Source of the DNA: Eledone cirrhosa
Lineage: Eukaryota
Assembly (NCBI GenBank): GCA_964016885.1
Contig: OZ024741.1
Location: 236,158,001 to 236,222,000 of the forward strand
Reading direction: 5' to 3'
Length of the DNA stretch: 64,000 bases
Shown here: positions 37,101 to 50,164 of the stretch, piece by piece
Position numbering within the stretch: position 1 is the stretch's first letter
Layout: every line of letters starts with the position of its first letter
The notes under the pieces: generated by a model
What the model was told of the DNA's origin: nothing
The model's database searches: none
What the model saw: the letters and a program-made list of their open reading frames with translations, nothing else
Program-made: the position numbers and the translations under genes

Positions 37101-38940
37101 TCATCATCATCATTGTTTAACATCTATTTTCCACGCTAGCATGGGTTCGATGGGTTGTCCCATTTGAGGCATGTTGTGTCAGGTGACCATGTCTTGCTCA
37201 TACAGAACTGTTTCTGGCTTGGCTTCTATGGCTGGATGCCCTTCTTAATGCTAACCACATTTACAGTATATGCTGGATGATTTTTGTCATGACACCTACA
37301 CGACCACTTTACAGTGTGAGAGCTTTTTTTACAGTGTAAGGGTGGTGTGATAAGATGTGGGTGGGGTGTTAGGGTGCGGGGGCTGTATGGAAGGGAGAGA
37401 GAGGATAGTGGTTAAGAAGTACATACTAGATACATACTTCAGTTCATGTGCATGGGAAGGCAGATCTGTATTCCTGCTTATTGCCAAATATTTCGTTTCT
37501 GTGTTATTGTCTTTGAGAGGTGCAATTGTGCAAGGTCAGCTTTTATCACCTCTTTCCAGGTCTTTCTACTCCATAGCTTCCATCAACTTTGATTGCCCTG
37601 CACCCTTTTTATACATCTGTCATCCTTCATATGCATCAAATGGCCATACCAATGCAATCTCCTCTCTTGCACACTGCATCGGATCCCTCTGATGCCCAAT
37701 TTCTCTCTCAGTTTATTTACGCTATGCCATTTGTGTATATTACACATCCATCGGAGCATGTATGCTTCATTTCTTTCCAGTCTTTGCAGGTCCTCTGCAC
37801 ACAGTACCCAGGTCCCACTATTATGCAACATTACTGTTCGTATACATGCATTGTACAATCTACCCTTAATTTTAAGGGAAAAACCTTTCTGTAGCTAGCA
37901 GCGTTAGTAGCTCACTGAACTTTCTCCATCCCGTTATCATTCTGGCTACTGTACTTTCAGAACACCCCCCTCCACAGCTGATTTGGTCACCTAGGTAACG
38001 GAAACTGTTGATTATTTTTACAGAGCCCTCTGGGCATTTGAAACAGCTAGTATCCCGTGGGCACTTGCTACTTACTGAACCTGTGCATCGACTGCATATA
38101 AAACCTATGTTCTTTGATAGCCTGTCTGTGATCCCAATATATCTTTTATGTATCCATAGTTTGCATTTGGGACATAGGATGGAATTTCTACCTACTCCTT
38201 TCCTCCACACTGAGCAAGGCCATCTGGGACCTATTTTCCTTTTTATATACTGGGACTTTAAGACCTTTTGATTCTAGGCCACGCTTCCAGGTTTGGAATT
38301 TCTTCTCTAATTCTGCCATAGATTCAATGTGATCGTTAGATCATCTACATACAAGAGTTCCCATGGGCAGCCAGTTTTAAACTCTTCTGTTATAGCCTGT
38401 AGGGCAATAATAAACAGGAGAGGGCTAAGGACGGAGCCCTGATGGACACCTACCTGCATGCTAAATTATTCACTATAGTCATTGTTAATTCTAACCTTGC
38501 TGACTGTTCCTCTATATATGGCGTGTACAGTCTTTTCAAGCCACTCATCTACTGATAGTTTTCTAAGAGCCCACCAGGTAATGGAACAGGGGGTTTCTGT
38601 CAAAGGCTTTCTCCAAGTCAACAAAAGTTAAGTAGAGGTGTTTACTTTTAGCTTGGTGTTTCTCTTACAGTTGCCTCACAAGGAAGAGAGCATCTGTGGC
38701 ACAGATCCAAACTACATCTCATCTAGGTTAACTTGGTCCCTAATCAGCTGTGCGATAACTCTTTCATGACCTGGTCAACCAACTTAATGCCTCCATAGTT
38801 TTCTCTGTCTAGAGCATCTCCTTTACCCTTGTAGCAGTTGATGATAATGCTGCTATGCCAGTCACTGGGTATAACACTGTTTCAGCATCTTGGCAACTAT
38901 CTCCGGAGGTCCAGTTGCTTTGCTTGTTTTCATAACCTTA
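37101..38940 (-). mobile_element. Decayed 5'-truncated RTE (family A-like)
   Basis: Colinear with about 30800-32800, including GVGRNSILCPKC and RLHWYGHL. Its (GAT)n tail abuts (TA)n. Confidence 0.9.
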
Positions 38941-38945
38941 CTTAT

Positions 38946-38982
<37 letters not shown>

Positions 38983-39596
38983 ATATGTCTATATTTTATA
39001 TAGAAATGACTTCTACAGGACTAAAACTGTTTCATTCATATGAACGAAACAGTTCTAGTCCTGTAGAAGTCATTTTATATATAATAAAGATGCTTATACT
39101 CTATCAATGGATAGAGTACCTTTTTTAACTGTGGTTAACACCCACCCCACACTGACACAACTTGGGAATCTACATATATATATAGAGATCTGTAAATTTT
39201 GGATCCCACATTATTTCCTTCTACTAACCCCTAGCCTGTCTAGATACACTTATCATTCTCTGCCCCCCCCCCCCCCCCCCCCCCACACACTTACCATAAC
39301 GACAAATTTGACCACAATACTACCATGACTAGTGACCTATTTTTTCACACTGCAAAAATTCATACACTCTTGAAAAGGCTTGCTGAATACACAAGCTGAA
39401 GCTGTTTGGTGCTGCGGTTGGGATTTTACCTATCTCTATACCCACTCTTCATCCTCCCATAATTAGGGTCTCCATGGTTTCATCATCACAGACTCTATAA
39501 TAGGTAATTTTGTTAATAACTAGAATGCATGTCACTGAAATCAACAGATCCTTTTAGTTTACTAATATATACTCATTGAATTATAGAGTAACTGAC

Positions 39597-39711
39597 TGAA
39601 TGTTCCACTGTCATGTGAACATTTAATATCGTCCTCTGATCCATCTAGGTGGGCAGTGAGCTCCAAATAAGAACCAACTTGATCTGTAATAACCCATGCC
39701 ACCACAGAGAA
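39597..39711 (-). other. Candidate exon (115 nt)
   Basis: Acceptor cattttatgtcag| and donor TCA|GTCAGT bound unique-looking sequence. Confidence 0.3.
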
Positions 39712-40696
39712 CTGACATAAAATGATAAGTATTAAAATGATAATATATTCTTTTGTTGATTTCAGTAATTGAACAGCAACCGTATAGGAGTCTTTAGTTC
39801 ATCATATAAACTTCTGTACTTATTTATTTTATCAATCTCTGTTTATTAAGTAGCTAGGTTACAAATTGATATAAATGGACACAACCTCAGTTTACAAACT
39901 CAGTCATGGACACATGCATAAGATTGGATTTTCTGTTAAGCATATAAATTAATTCTTAAAATTATCTCCCCTTTCCTTGAGAGTGGCTAAGAATTAACGC
40001 AAGATATTTATTTTTGTTTTCCAACTAAGAGGAAAATATCAATTAATTGAGAATTGAATATGATGCATTGAATATTTTTCTTTTCTTCCATTTGTAAACT
40101 CAACCATACTTTCCCCTCCATGTATGTAAAAGAGTGTTACTGCTTTCAACCAGGGCCAGATTAAGTCCTTTTGAGGCCATAAGCACTGAAAGATACTTCA
40201 CTTTTTTCAATGCGTTAGTCAAAAGAAGAAGGGCAGCACATGACAATTTCTAGGGCCTGCCAAACTTGTGGCGGGGGTGAAAGGAACAAGTTATCCTAGC
40301 TTGAATGCTTGCAACAGTGTAGACTCTGCTAAAGGCACCATGGACCAGGCAATGGATTAACTTTAGGCTGGTTTGAAATTTTGCACTCAGACCAAAATGT
40401 TGGATCATCATCATCATCAATATAACCAAATTCTTTCTCGGACTGGAAACCTAGCTTAAATGCTTAGAACAAGGTGAACTCTGCTAAAGTCACTCAAAGA
40501 CCAAATTGTGCTGAAATAATGGATGAGCTTTGTGTCAAATGTCTCAAATGTGTTCAATTTTGCTACTATATTCTTTCTCATAAACATCCAAGAAGATTAT
40601 CTTAATGTATGTGAATGGTGCTTGTTGTGACAGGCCATGTAAGTAGCATATAACAGTGTGCTGATCAAAGCCTTCAGCTGTTATTGTTTTCAAAAA

Positions 40697-40889
40697 GGGC
40701 AGGATTAAGTTTTTTTGAGGGCTTAAGCACTTATGAAATTATGGTGCCCCTCATTCCATGTTTGGAAAAAAGTTTGGAAAAAAATGTTTTTAATAATGAT
40801 AAATACATTTGATTTTAATAAAATTGTGCCCATCTTCCCTTGCTGCTCTAAGCATATGCTTATTTTGCTTAATGATTAATCCAGCCCTG
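40697..40889. mobile_element. hAT-like MITE; second copy at about 40985-41168 and a partial copy at about 40151
   Basis: Terminal inverted repeats AGGGCAGGATTAA and TTAATCCAGCCCTG. Confidence 0.6.
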
Positions 40890-42289
40890 TATTGAATACA
40901 CACACCACTGACTGACTTCAGTAAGATTAGAAACCCTATATATAGAAGAGTTGATAATCAGACAATCCCATCTAGAACAAACACACGACTTCATTAAGTT
41001 CTTTTGAGGCTCTAAGTACTTATAAGATTGTTGTCCCTTCAAAGAAAAAAATCTGTAAACAAGATATTTTGGGAATAACAAATACATTTAATTTAAATAA
41101 AAGGATGCCCCTCTTCCCTTGATGCCCTAAGTATGTGCTTATTCTGCTTAATGCTTAATCCAATCCTGATTTAAACCCACTAATGCAGGCCAACCAACAA
41201 GTGCAGCTGATTAGACAGGGCTGGCTATATGACATGTTGACACCTTTAGTGTATAGGTTTATAAGCCTACTTACCATATATATGTATACATTAAACAGTA
41301 TATGTATACATTAAACAGGCACCCAGTTCACCCTATAAGGTGGTCATACAGGTGCAACAATAAAAAGCACCCATTTAGACTTGCAGATAGTGTTAGTATT
41401 ACAACAAAAAGCACTCTGTCAACCTTGAAGGTGGTGGTGGTGTTGGTGCCAAGAAAAGTTGTTGGAGTTAGGAAAAGGCATCCATCCATAGAAATTCAAG
41501 CCAAAAATATAACGTATGAGCAGGATGTGACCACCTACTAGTCTGACCTCAGTATGCGATGACCTGCCTAACCCATGCATAGACAATAGATGTTAAATGG
41601 TGATAATGATGATGATGATTAGATCAAGTGTGGACAATCTGTGACTTGTGTACTACATCTAAGCTTTCTTTTGGTGTGTGTGTGTGTGGGGTGGGGGTGA
41701 GGGGGATTCAGCAACACTACCAGGAGGGATGAGAAAAAATTCATGCACACACGTCCTCCCCAACTAAACATTTACATGTCCTGTCTGCATCTGAGGCTGC
41801 ACACCAATAATTGGTATGCATAGCCATCAAATAAAGCACAAATAAAGGAGGTGATAGTCATCATTAGATTCAGTAGTGTGCAGGGGGGGGGGGGGCATTC
41901 TTTGGAGAAACGAACTTAATAAATTTGATTGATTTGTATTAAAATCGAATAAAGTGTTTATTTCATGTTTCATCTGTGTTTATATATTCAAAATGTTTTC
42001 CTTTCTCATAATATTTCTCAGTATATTAGGCCGTATACTTGAGTCTTTGGGACATATAATCAAGATTTGCCCCAGGCATCACCAGAGCTCTGCACGCTGG
42101 TGATTAGATTCTAGGAATAAATCTATCCCTAAAAATGTCAACCAAACAGAAACAAATATATACAAAAAAAAAAAAAAAAAAAATCAAAACAAAAAAAACT
42201 TCAATAAATAACATCTTTCAAGACAATAATTTGTACAGAGACTTTTTATCTAATTTTATTTCATCAAATTATGAAATCTGTTATCTTAC

Positions 42290-42496
42290 ATAGCAAGCAA
42301 GCCTGTTGGTGTTATTTCTGCGACTACTACTACTATTGCTGCTGCTACTACTACTACTATTACAATTTCCTCACATTTACCCCCTGAACTGTTTGATGGG
42401 CCAACACGAAGGAGTGGAGGAAGTGGGGGATATTCAACCAAACTGACTTGGTATCTCCATAAAATATTCTTCAACATCAAGTCTGAGGTGTGTTAC
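42290..42496 (-). other. Candidate non-coding exon (207 nt)
   Basis: A long (CT)n pyrimidine tract ends in ttttctaag|. The donor is TAT|GTAAGA. Confidence 0.4.
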
Positions 42497-42657
42497 CTTA
42501 GAAAAAAGCAGGGTGGAGAGAGAGAGAGAGAAGGGAGGGAAGGTGGCAAGGGATTAAAAAATATACAAAACAATGTCAACCCCCCCCCCCCCCCTATATT
42601 ATAAACATTATACAAGAACAACTGGGACTTTCCATATATTTCATGTTAATGATTCAA

Positions 42658-45540
42658 TAATAATGGTTTCTAATTTTGGCACAAGGCCTGTCATTTTGGG
42701 GTAGGGAAAATCGATTATATCGACACCAGTACTTTAGTGATACTTTATTTTAATCAAACCCTGTAAGGATGAAAGGCAAAGTTAACTTCAGCAGAATTTG
42801 AACTCAGAATGTAAAGAGTCATCATCATCATCATCATCATCAGTCGTAACATATAACGCAAAGCATTTTGTCCAACACTCAAACGATTCTGTTAATCCAC
42901 TAGCCTTTTAAAATTAATAATTGTTTCTACTTTTGGCACAAGGCCAGCAATTATCCCAGTGTATTACTGGTACTTTATTTTATCGACCCCGTAAGGATGA
43001 AAGGCAAAGTTAACCTTGGCGGGATTTGAAGTCAGACTGTAAAGGGGCTGAGTTCAAATCCCACCAAGGTTAACTTTGCTTTTCATCCTTATGTGGTCGA
43101 TAATATAAAGCACCAGTAATACACTGGGTTAATTGCTGGCCTTGTGCCTATAGTAGAAACAATTATTAATATTATTTTAATAATGCCTAGTTCAAATTAA
43201 GACACAAAGCCACATACCTTGGAGGATGAGGAAGGTAATATTTAATCACTTCCATTGACACTTCCCATGTTCCCCTCAATGGGGTTTGAACTTAATATAA
43301 AGTGACATAATTAAATGCTACAGGATTTTGTCCAACACTGATAGCCATTCACCTTTATTATTAATAATAATAATAATAATAATAATAGTAATAATATAGA
43401 TTTCTAACATAAACACAAGGACTGAAATATGAGGGAAGCTGAAAAGATTATAATCAATCTCAGCAATCCTCAGCTCCATTGACCCAGGAGAGATGAAAGT
43501 CAATGTCAATACTAACAGGATATAAACACAACCTACATAGTTGTAATTAAATAATAAAAGGCCTTTTATTTAAATGCTCTTCCATATCTGTGAATCCATC
43601 AATAATAATTGTTTCTACATTTGGCACAATGCCTGCAATTTGAAGGGAAGGGGAAAATTGATTAAAACAATTCCAGTACTTAACTGGTACTTTACTTTAT
43701 TGATAAATCTTTTTAACATTGGTACATGGCCAGCAATTTGATGAAAAGGGGAAAGTTAATTATATTAACTCCAGTACTTCACTGGTATCTTTCTAAAATT
43801 GGCACATGACCAGCAATTTGGGGGTAAGTCAATTAAATCGAAACCAGTACTATATTTTATCAATAAATCTTTTTTACATTGACTCATGGCCAGCACTTTG
43901 GAGGGAGTTGATTAAATCAACACTGTACTTCACTGGTTATTTATTTTATCAATTCTGGAAGAATGAAAGGCAAAGTAGACCTTGGGATTTGAACTCAGAA
44001 CGTAAAGAGCTAGATCAGATACTGCAAAACATTCTCTCTTTGATGCTCTGATGGTTCTGCCAATCCTGCACCCTACCAATAATAATAATCGTTTCTACTT
44101 TGGGCACAAGGCCAGCAGTTACCCAGTGCATTACTGGTACTTTATTTTATCAACCCCGTAAGGATGAAAGGCAAAGTTAACCTCGGCGGGTTATGAATTT
44201 TTTCGACAATAATAAGGGTGTGTGGGCAGTTGACAGAATATTTAATAGTATTTTATTAGTACTTTAACTGTATTAGCCACTCATATCTAAGGATAAAGAG
44301 CAATATCAACCCACAACCACTGACAACAGAGACCTGACTCTTGAAAAAAAAAAAAAAAAAAAAAAAATAAGAACAGTAACAAACCATGTAGAGGATACTT
44401 CTCCAGATTGATATTATAGCTTTTATTTAGTAATTAAACTCACTGCTACATCTGAAGAATATGATGATGATGAATTTGAGAATTGGAGCTAGACTAAAAA
44501 TTTACTAAGGCAGCAAGTATAGTAGCCAATTGACAGCATCCTCTCCCCAACAGCATTGACGAACTTATGTTTTGTTTTGTGTGTGTGTGTGTGGGGGGGG
44601 GGGGGTCTTCTGAAGTTTGAAATGTTAGGGAGAATCCCCCTGCTTTGCAACCAGTGAAAACAATTGCTCCTGTGATACTGTGATGTTTCAACTGCATTAG
44701 TTTCACGGTAGATTCAACAGTCTCCTCCTCTCCCCCATCTATCGCACAGCTTGCGTATTATTTTACCAACCACCACTTTAATTTACCGAAGGGGGTGTAA
44801 TAGTCAAAGATGTCACACTTTGAAACCATGAGAGAGTGAAACTAATTAATATTGCAAAGCTTTGCTGTCTCCACCATACTGCTCTGAGCTAGGCACAAGG
44901 ACCAATCTCTAAACTTTGGGATGAGGTCATGCATTCTGAGGGAGCAGTAGATTTTAATGGCTCAGTGGAACAATATAATGATTTATAGGATAGACACAAA
45001 ACCTTAAATCTACATGGGAGGTGGGGGGAGATATCGAATATGACGGGTATCTTATTTGATCAATCCCAGGAAGGATGAGGGGCAAAGTTGACCATGGTAA
45101 AATTTGAACTCAGAATATGAAAGAGACAAAGCTAAATAGTGAAAAGTGTTTTGTTCACCAGTTTACAGAGTCTGCCAATCCACCACCCTCATGAGGTAAT
45201 AATAATAATAAGTATGATAATGATGACAATCTCTAACATAGGTAGAAAGCTGGCCAGATATTTTGGGGGAGGACTTGCTTAATCTCATTGACCTCAATAC
45301 GTAACTAGTACTACCTTTAATAATTGTTTCTACTTTTGGTACAAGACCACCAATTTAAAAGGGAGGGGGTAAATCGATTATATTGATCCCAGTGTGTTAC
45401 TGGTACTTTATTTTATCGACCTTGTAAGGATTAAAGGCAAAGCTAACTTCGACGGAATTTGAACTCAGAATGTAAAGGGCCGTAACTATATGCTGGCAAG
45501 CATGTTGCCCGACACTCTACTGATACTGCCAATCCAATGA
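42658..45540 (-). mobile_element. Cluster of full and partial SINE copies of the same family, mostly minus strand, including tandem tail-segment repeats at about 43600-43960
   Basis: Recurrent GGCACAAGGCCAGCAATT and GGATGAAAGGCAAAGTTAAC...GATTTGAACTCAG blocks. Confidence 0.8.
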
Positions 45541-45673
45541 TGATTAGTAATAAGTAGCTTGCATTGAATTTAAATATGGTAAAAAAGATAGAAAATAATA
45601 TGGTATACACATGAAAACTATGAACTATATGAAAAGTATGTTACACACGATGTGTACATCAATCCAGAGTGCA

Positions 45674-45715
<42 letters not shown>

Positions 45716-45912
45716 ATAGTTGCATCAGATCTGTAAATTTTGAGTGTGTTTTTTGGCATGTATGTATATATAAATATGTGTGTGTGTGTGCAAAGTAGAG
45801 GTTTATGGTGAATATAGTAGGCATGTTAGTGTAAGATGTAGTAAAGTGCATCACTTCACTATGAAGATATGTGTAAGCAAGAGTTTATGTTGAATGTATA
45901 AAAATGTGTGTG

Positions 45913-45998
<86 letters not shown>

Positions 45999-47868
45999 TG
46001 ATGATCATGGTAGATACAACAAAGTATAGTTGTTCCATTTCATCATCATAATTCAATATATATATATATATATTGACTAAATACACGTACACAACAATAA
46101 TAAACAACTAAGCACACATTCAGTGAGTCTTGTTACTCTGGAGTTTCATAGATAAGTATATTCAACTCCCACATACCATTCTATTCACTTTTGTCTTATT
46201 GCTTAATGTACTGTATACTATGAAGAGCCAATCAGTTTTGTCATACATCTATCAACCTGGCCACAGATATAACATTTAACTTCATAGAATTGTCAGTGAT
46301 CAGAGTGTAGATTAATGAAGACACTGTTTTGATACTTTGTACTAGATGACACTACCAACAAATAAGACAAAAGCAAATGTAGCTATATATATATATAAAT
46401 ATATATACAAACATACATATGTGTGTGCTTGTTTCAATCATTAACATGACTTCTCTCTCATATAATTGTTTCAGTTCCAACACATGGTCTCAAATCAACT
46501 CACTTGTCAAGTTCAACTTTGATATAAAACATACACACATAGAGGAGGTACTACAGCTGGAACCTCAATGTCATCACTACCTTTTTGTTTGAAAAATAAA
46601 ATATCTACTCTACTTTTCCATGTATTGAATACTCATTTAGATAATATTTGACTATTTCTATGTTTGATTATACATGGAACAACATTATTATATACACAAG
46701 TGAAACTCTTGCTAACAGGGAAAACAAATATTAAATGATGATATTTCTATGCACAGACAAAAACACGTATATAGATTATGTGAGGGTGAGTGATATATTA
46801 TAACTAATGCATTTATAATTTATTTCCTATTGGCAGGAAAATTAGTTGTGCATGCATCACTAGTCATGGTTTTCCTCTAGTCACTACAGTTGGAACATGA
46901 AACGTTAATTAAGTTGGTGTTAACATGGTCATGCCACTTTCTGTCTGCTCTAAAAAAAAAAAGCAGTTCAGTGATCATGTGTTTTTTCATTAACTGAATT
47001 TAAAAAGAATTATAATACAATAGTAGAGAAATTAAAAGCATAGGTTCATCATTTTTCAATGTAATTCCCTTGTTTTTTAACACACTTAGTCCATATTTGC
47101 ATAGATTTATGCTCTTTGTGAGAAATGCTTTCGGCTGATAGATTATAATGTATGCACAACTTCTTCAACCTTAGAGGCAAATTGGTGGCCTCTTAAGGTA
47201 TCTTTCAGCAGAGCAAACAGGTGATAGTCCAAAGTAGCAAGGATTTTGCACTGCATATAATTAATGACTTACCCTCATGTGTATGTATGTGTATATATAC
47301 ATATATATACAAAGGACATCAAGCCATAGAAAACTTGTCAAACAAAGGGTCAATGATAACTTCCTTAGTGCTGGTGCCACAATAAATTGCACTTGGTAGA
47401 ATGTAGGAACGTATGTGGGATGTGACTAACGGTCCATCTGAGGGGGTCAGTAGCCCTGTTTGAACAGTCACCTATCTGTGACGACTGTCTAACTCTTGTT
47501 AGCAAGGAAAATGGATGTTAAATGATTATATATATATAGTATATTGCTTCTCTAACTATATATATATCTATATATATACATACACACACATACAACCATG
47601 AGGAGATATAAGGTCGCTGTCATGGCATACTCATTCCTCGCTAGGTCTGCAAATAGCCTATTTTTTCCAGAGAGCCAGAGAAAGAAAGTGAGAAACAGAT
47701 AAAGAGGAAGAATGGACCCCACTACTGGACTGTTACTTTATTTATAAACCTCAAGGGATGAAAGGCAGAGTAGACTTTGGTGAGATTTGAACTCAGGATG
47801 CAGAGTGTCAGAAAGAATACATTAAAGCATTTTATCCGATGTTCTCACAACTCTGCCAATTTGCCTCC

Positions 47869-47912
<44 letters not shown>

Positions 47913-49100
47913 TACTATTCTAATTTGTCGTTCCAAGTCTTTGCGCTGCAGACACCCCATATATATGTATACATAGATATTTGTTCAAAGCTGATGATTT
48001 ATTCTGTTGTTACTCTGGATTTCTTGCCATGTGCAGTCTTTCAGGGCATTTGTATGTCCAAATGTATGTGTGTGAATATATATATATACATGCACACAAC
48101 ACAGTAACTCCTTATGGACGGTTTCAAATGCAGTGTGAAGTTGTAAGAATTGATATAGAGATTGTGATTTTAACATGTACTTTTTTTTATACAATGATGA
48201 TACTGAGCCTCTACATAGTCATTTAACTGGCTGAAAATAAGAGCCAAATTGTTTTCAAATCACACCATTCCATCTGATATAAAGTTAGGACACTTATCAG
48301 CTACAGTAATCCTATATAGCTCTAAAAAGATGGATTGCTCATGGCTGGAATGCCTTAGATTATATGTCTACTCAATCAAGGTGGACCTGAGGTTAAACAT
48401 CAATAGAAACTGAGCTAACCTTTATTTCCAAGATAAAACCATCAACTCACTGCACTCCACTCCCAAGAAATATCAAGGAAGAATAAATCAAACACCCACA
48501 GTGTCTATTAACACGAGGGACCCTTTACATGGTTGCTTGTCCTGTAAGAAATGGCAACTAAATTCCATCATATCACACCCTACTATCTATTAAAAAAAAA
48601 GGTGGAAAGGACACATTTAACAATGTAGTACTCTAATATAAAATGATGGAATTGGCATAGCTGGAATTCCTTTGATCACAAGTCTGCTTGACCTGGGTTG
48701 ACTTGGGGCTAAACAACAACAATTATGATAACTGTCATCAGAATGGGAATCTAGTGGTTTTTGTCACGGATATCTCCTCCTTCGAGATTCTGCAGGGAAG
48801 GCACTGCTGGGTTTAGAACCATGTCCAGTGGCAGTAAAAGACCAAAAACACTCATGAAATTACAACCCATTCAAGAATAAACAGCTTTAACTACCCTAAC
48901 ACACACACATATTGGTGTCAAAGTTAATCTTATGTGTAAATGGATGCTCACACACAAAACATTAACAGATGTTTGTGTATTGTAAGTATGTAATGTTTCC
49001 TAATAAAGAGAATCAAAGGCAATGTATTGTGTGTATATGTATATTTATGTATATGCTATGACGTCTAATGCATAGTAAAATATAAATGTCTGTGCATGTT

Positions 49101-49132
<32 letters not shown>

Positions 49133-49194
49133 TGTGTATGCATGAATAGTGTAAGTAGGATGTATGTGTAGTAGGTGTTTTATCCCCATAGAAA

Positions 49195-49353
49195 AATAAT
49201 TGTTTCTACTTTAGGCACAAGGCCAGCAATTACCCAGTACATTACTGGTACTTTATTTTATCGACCCCGTAAGGATGAAAGGCAAAGTTAACCTCGGCGG
49301 GATTTGAACTCAGACTGTAAAGGGACGTAACTATGCTAGAAAGCATGGCGTCC
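49195..49353 (-). mobile_element. 5'-truncated SINE, same family
   Basis: Family match; direct repeat ATAGAAAAATAAT. Confidence 0.8.
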
Positions 49354-49701
49354 AATAGAAAAATAATAATAATATGTGTGTATGCATGGTTTATGTAAGC
49401 TGCTTGTTAATGGCATGGAAATGTTAATTTTTAATTCATTCACAAAGACATACACTATATGAAAGAAAAAAAAAAATCTCCTCCCTACTGAAGCAGTACA
49501 GTTGTTGAGTTTTACAGAAAGAATTTGACACTGCACAACAGGGTTATTTTTGGGAGGTGGGGTGGGGGGATAGGGAAAAGAAGCTGTCTTCAGAGTTCAT
49601 CAAGAAAAAACATACATATACATACTTATGTAAACATATATACATATACATTGACTTTAAAAATCTGACAAACTTTGTTGAAGTGTCATGTTTAGTGGAT
49701 A

Positions 49702-49739
<38 letters not shown>

Positions 49740-49753
49740 TGTGTGTGAATGTG

Positions 49754-49812
<59 letters not shown>

Positions 49813-49934
49813 GCATGGTTATGTGTGAGATTGCATACCAATTAATTTTCATGTGGATAAGTAGATAAGGAAGTTTTTCAGTTGATATTTACATATTCTT
49901 TATTCACACATGCTTGTGTATATGTGTATGTGTG

Positions 49935-49973
<39 letters not shown>

Positions 49974-50164
49974 CATATGCATATATATGGTTGTGCTGTA
50001 AATATCGAGTCAGTCTTTCAATTTAGGGAGACTGAACCTTGCTCTGCAGTTGAAAGATGGTTACATATGCAACATATAGGTCACCCATTCATTGTTTAAT
50101 CATAGTGGACCTATCATCAAAATAGTCCAACCCTGACTATCACAACAGATTTTCAATGTCTATT

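Noticed and set aside
42286-42480. 64-aa ORF with a hydrophobic, membrane-like stretch
   Set aside because: The hydrophobic run comes from (GTA)n/(GCA)n microsatellites, and there is no other coding evidence.
48885-48902. Telomerase-RNA-template-like CTACCCTAAC
   Set aside because: It does not match CTAACCCTAA, and no pseudoknot or H/ACA context is evident.
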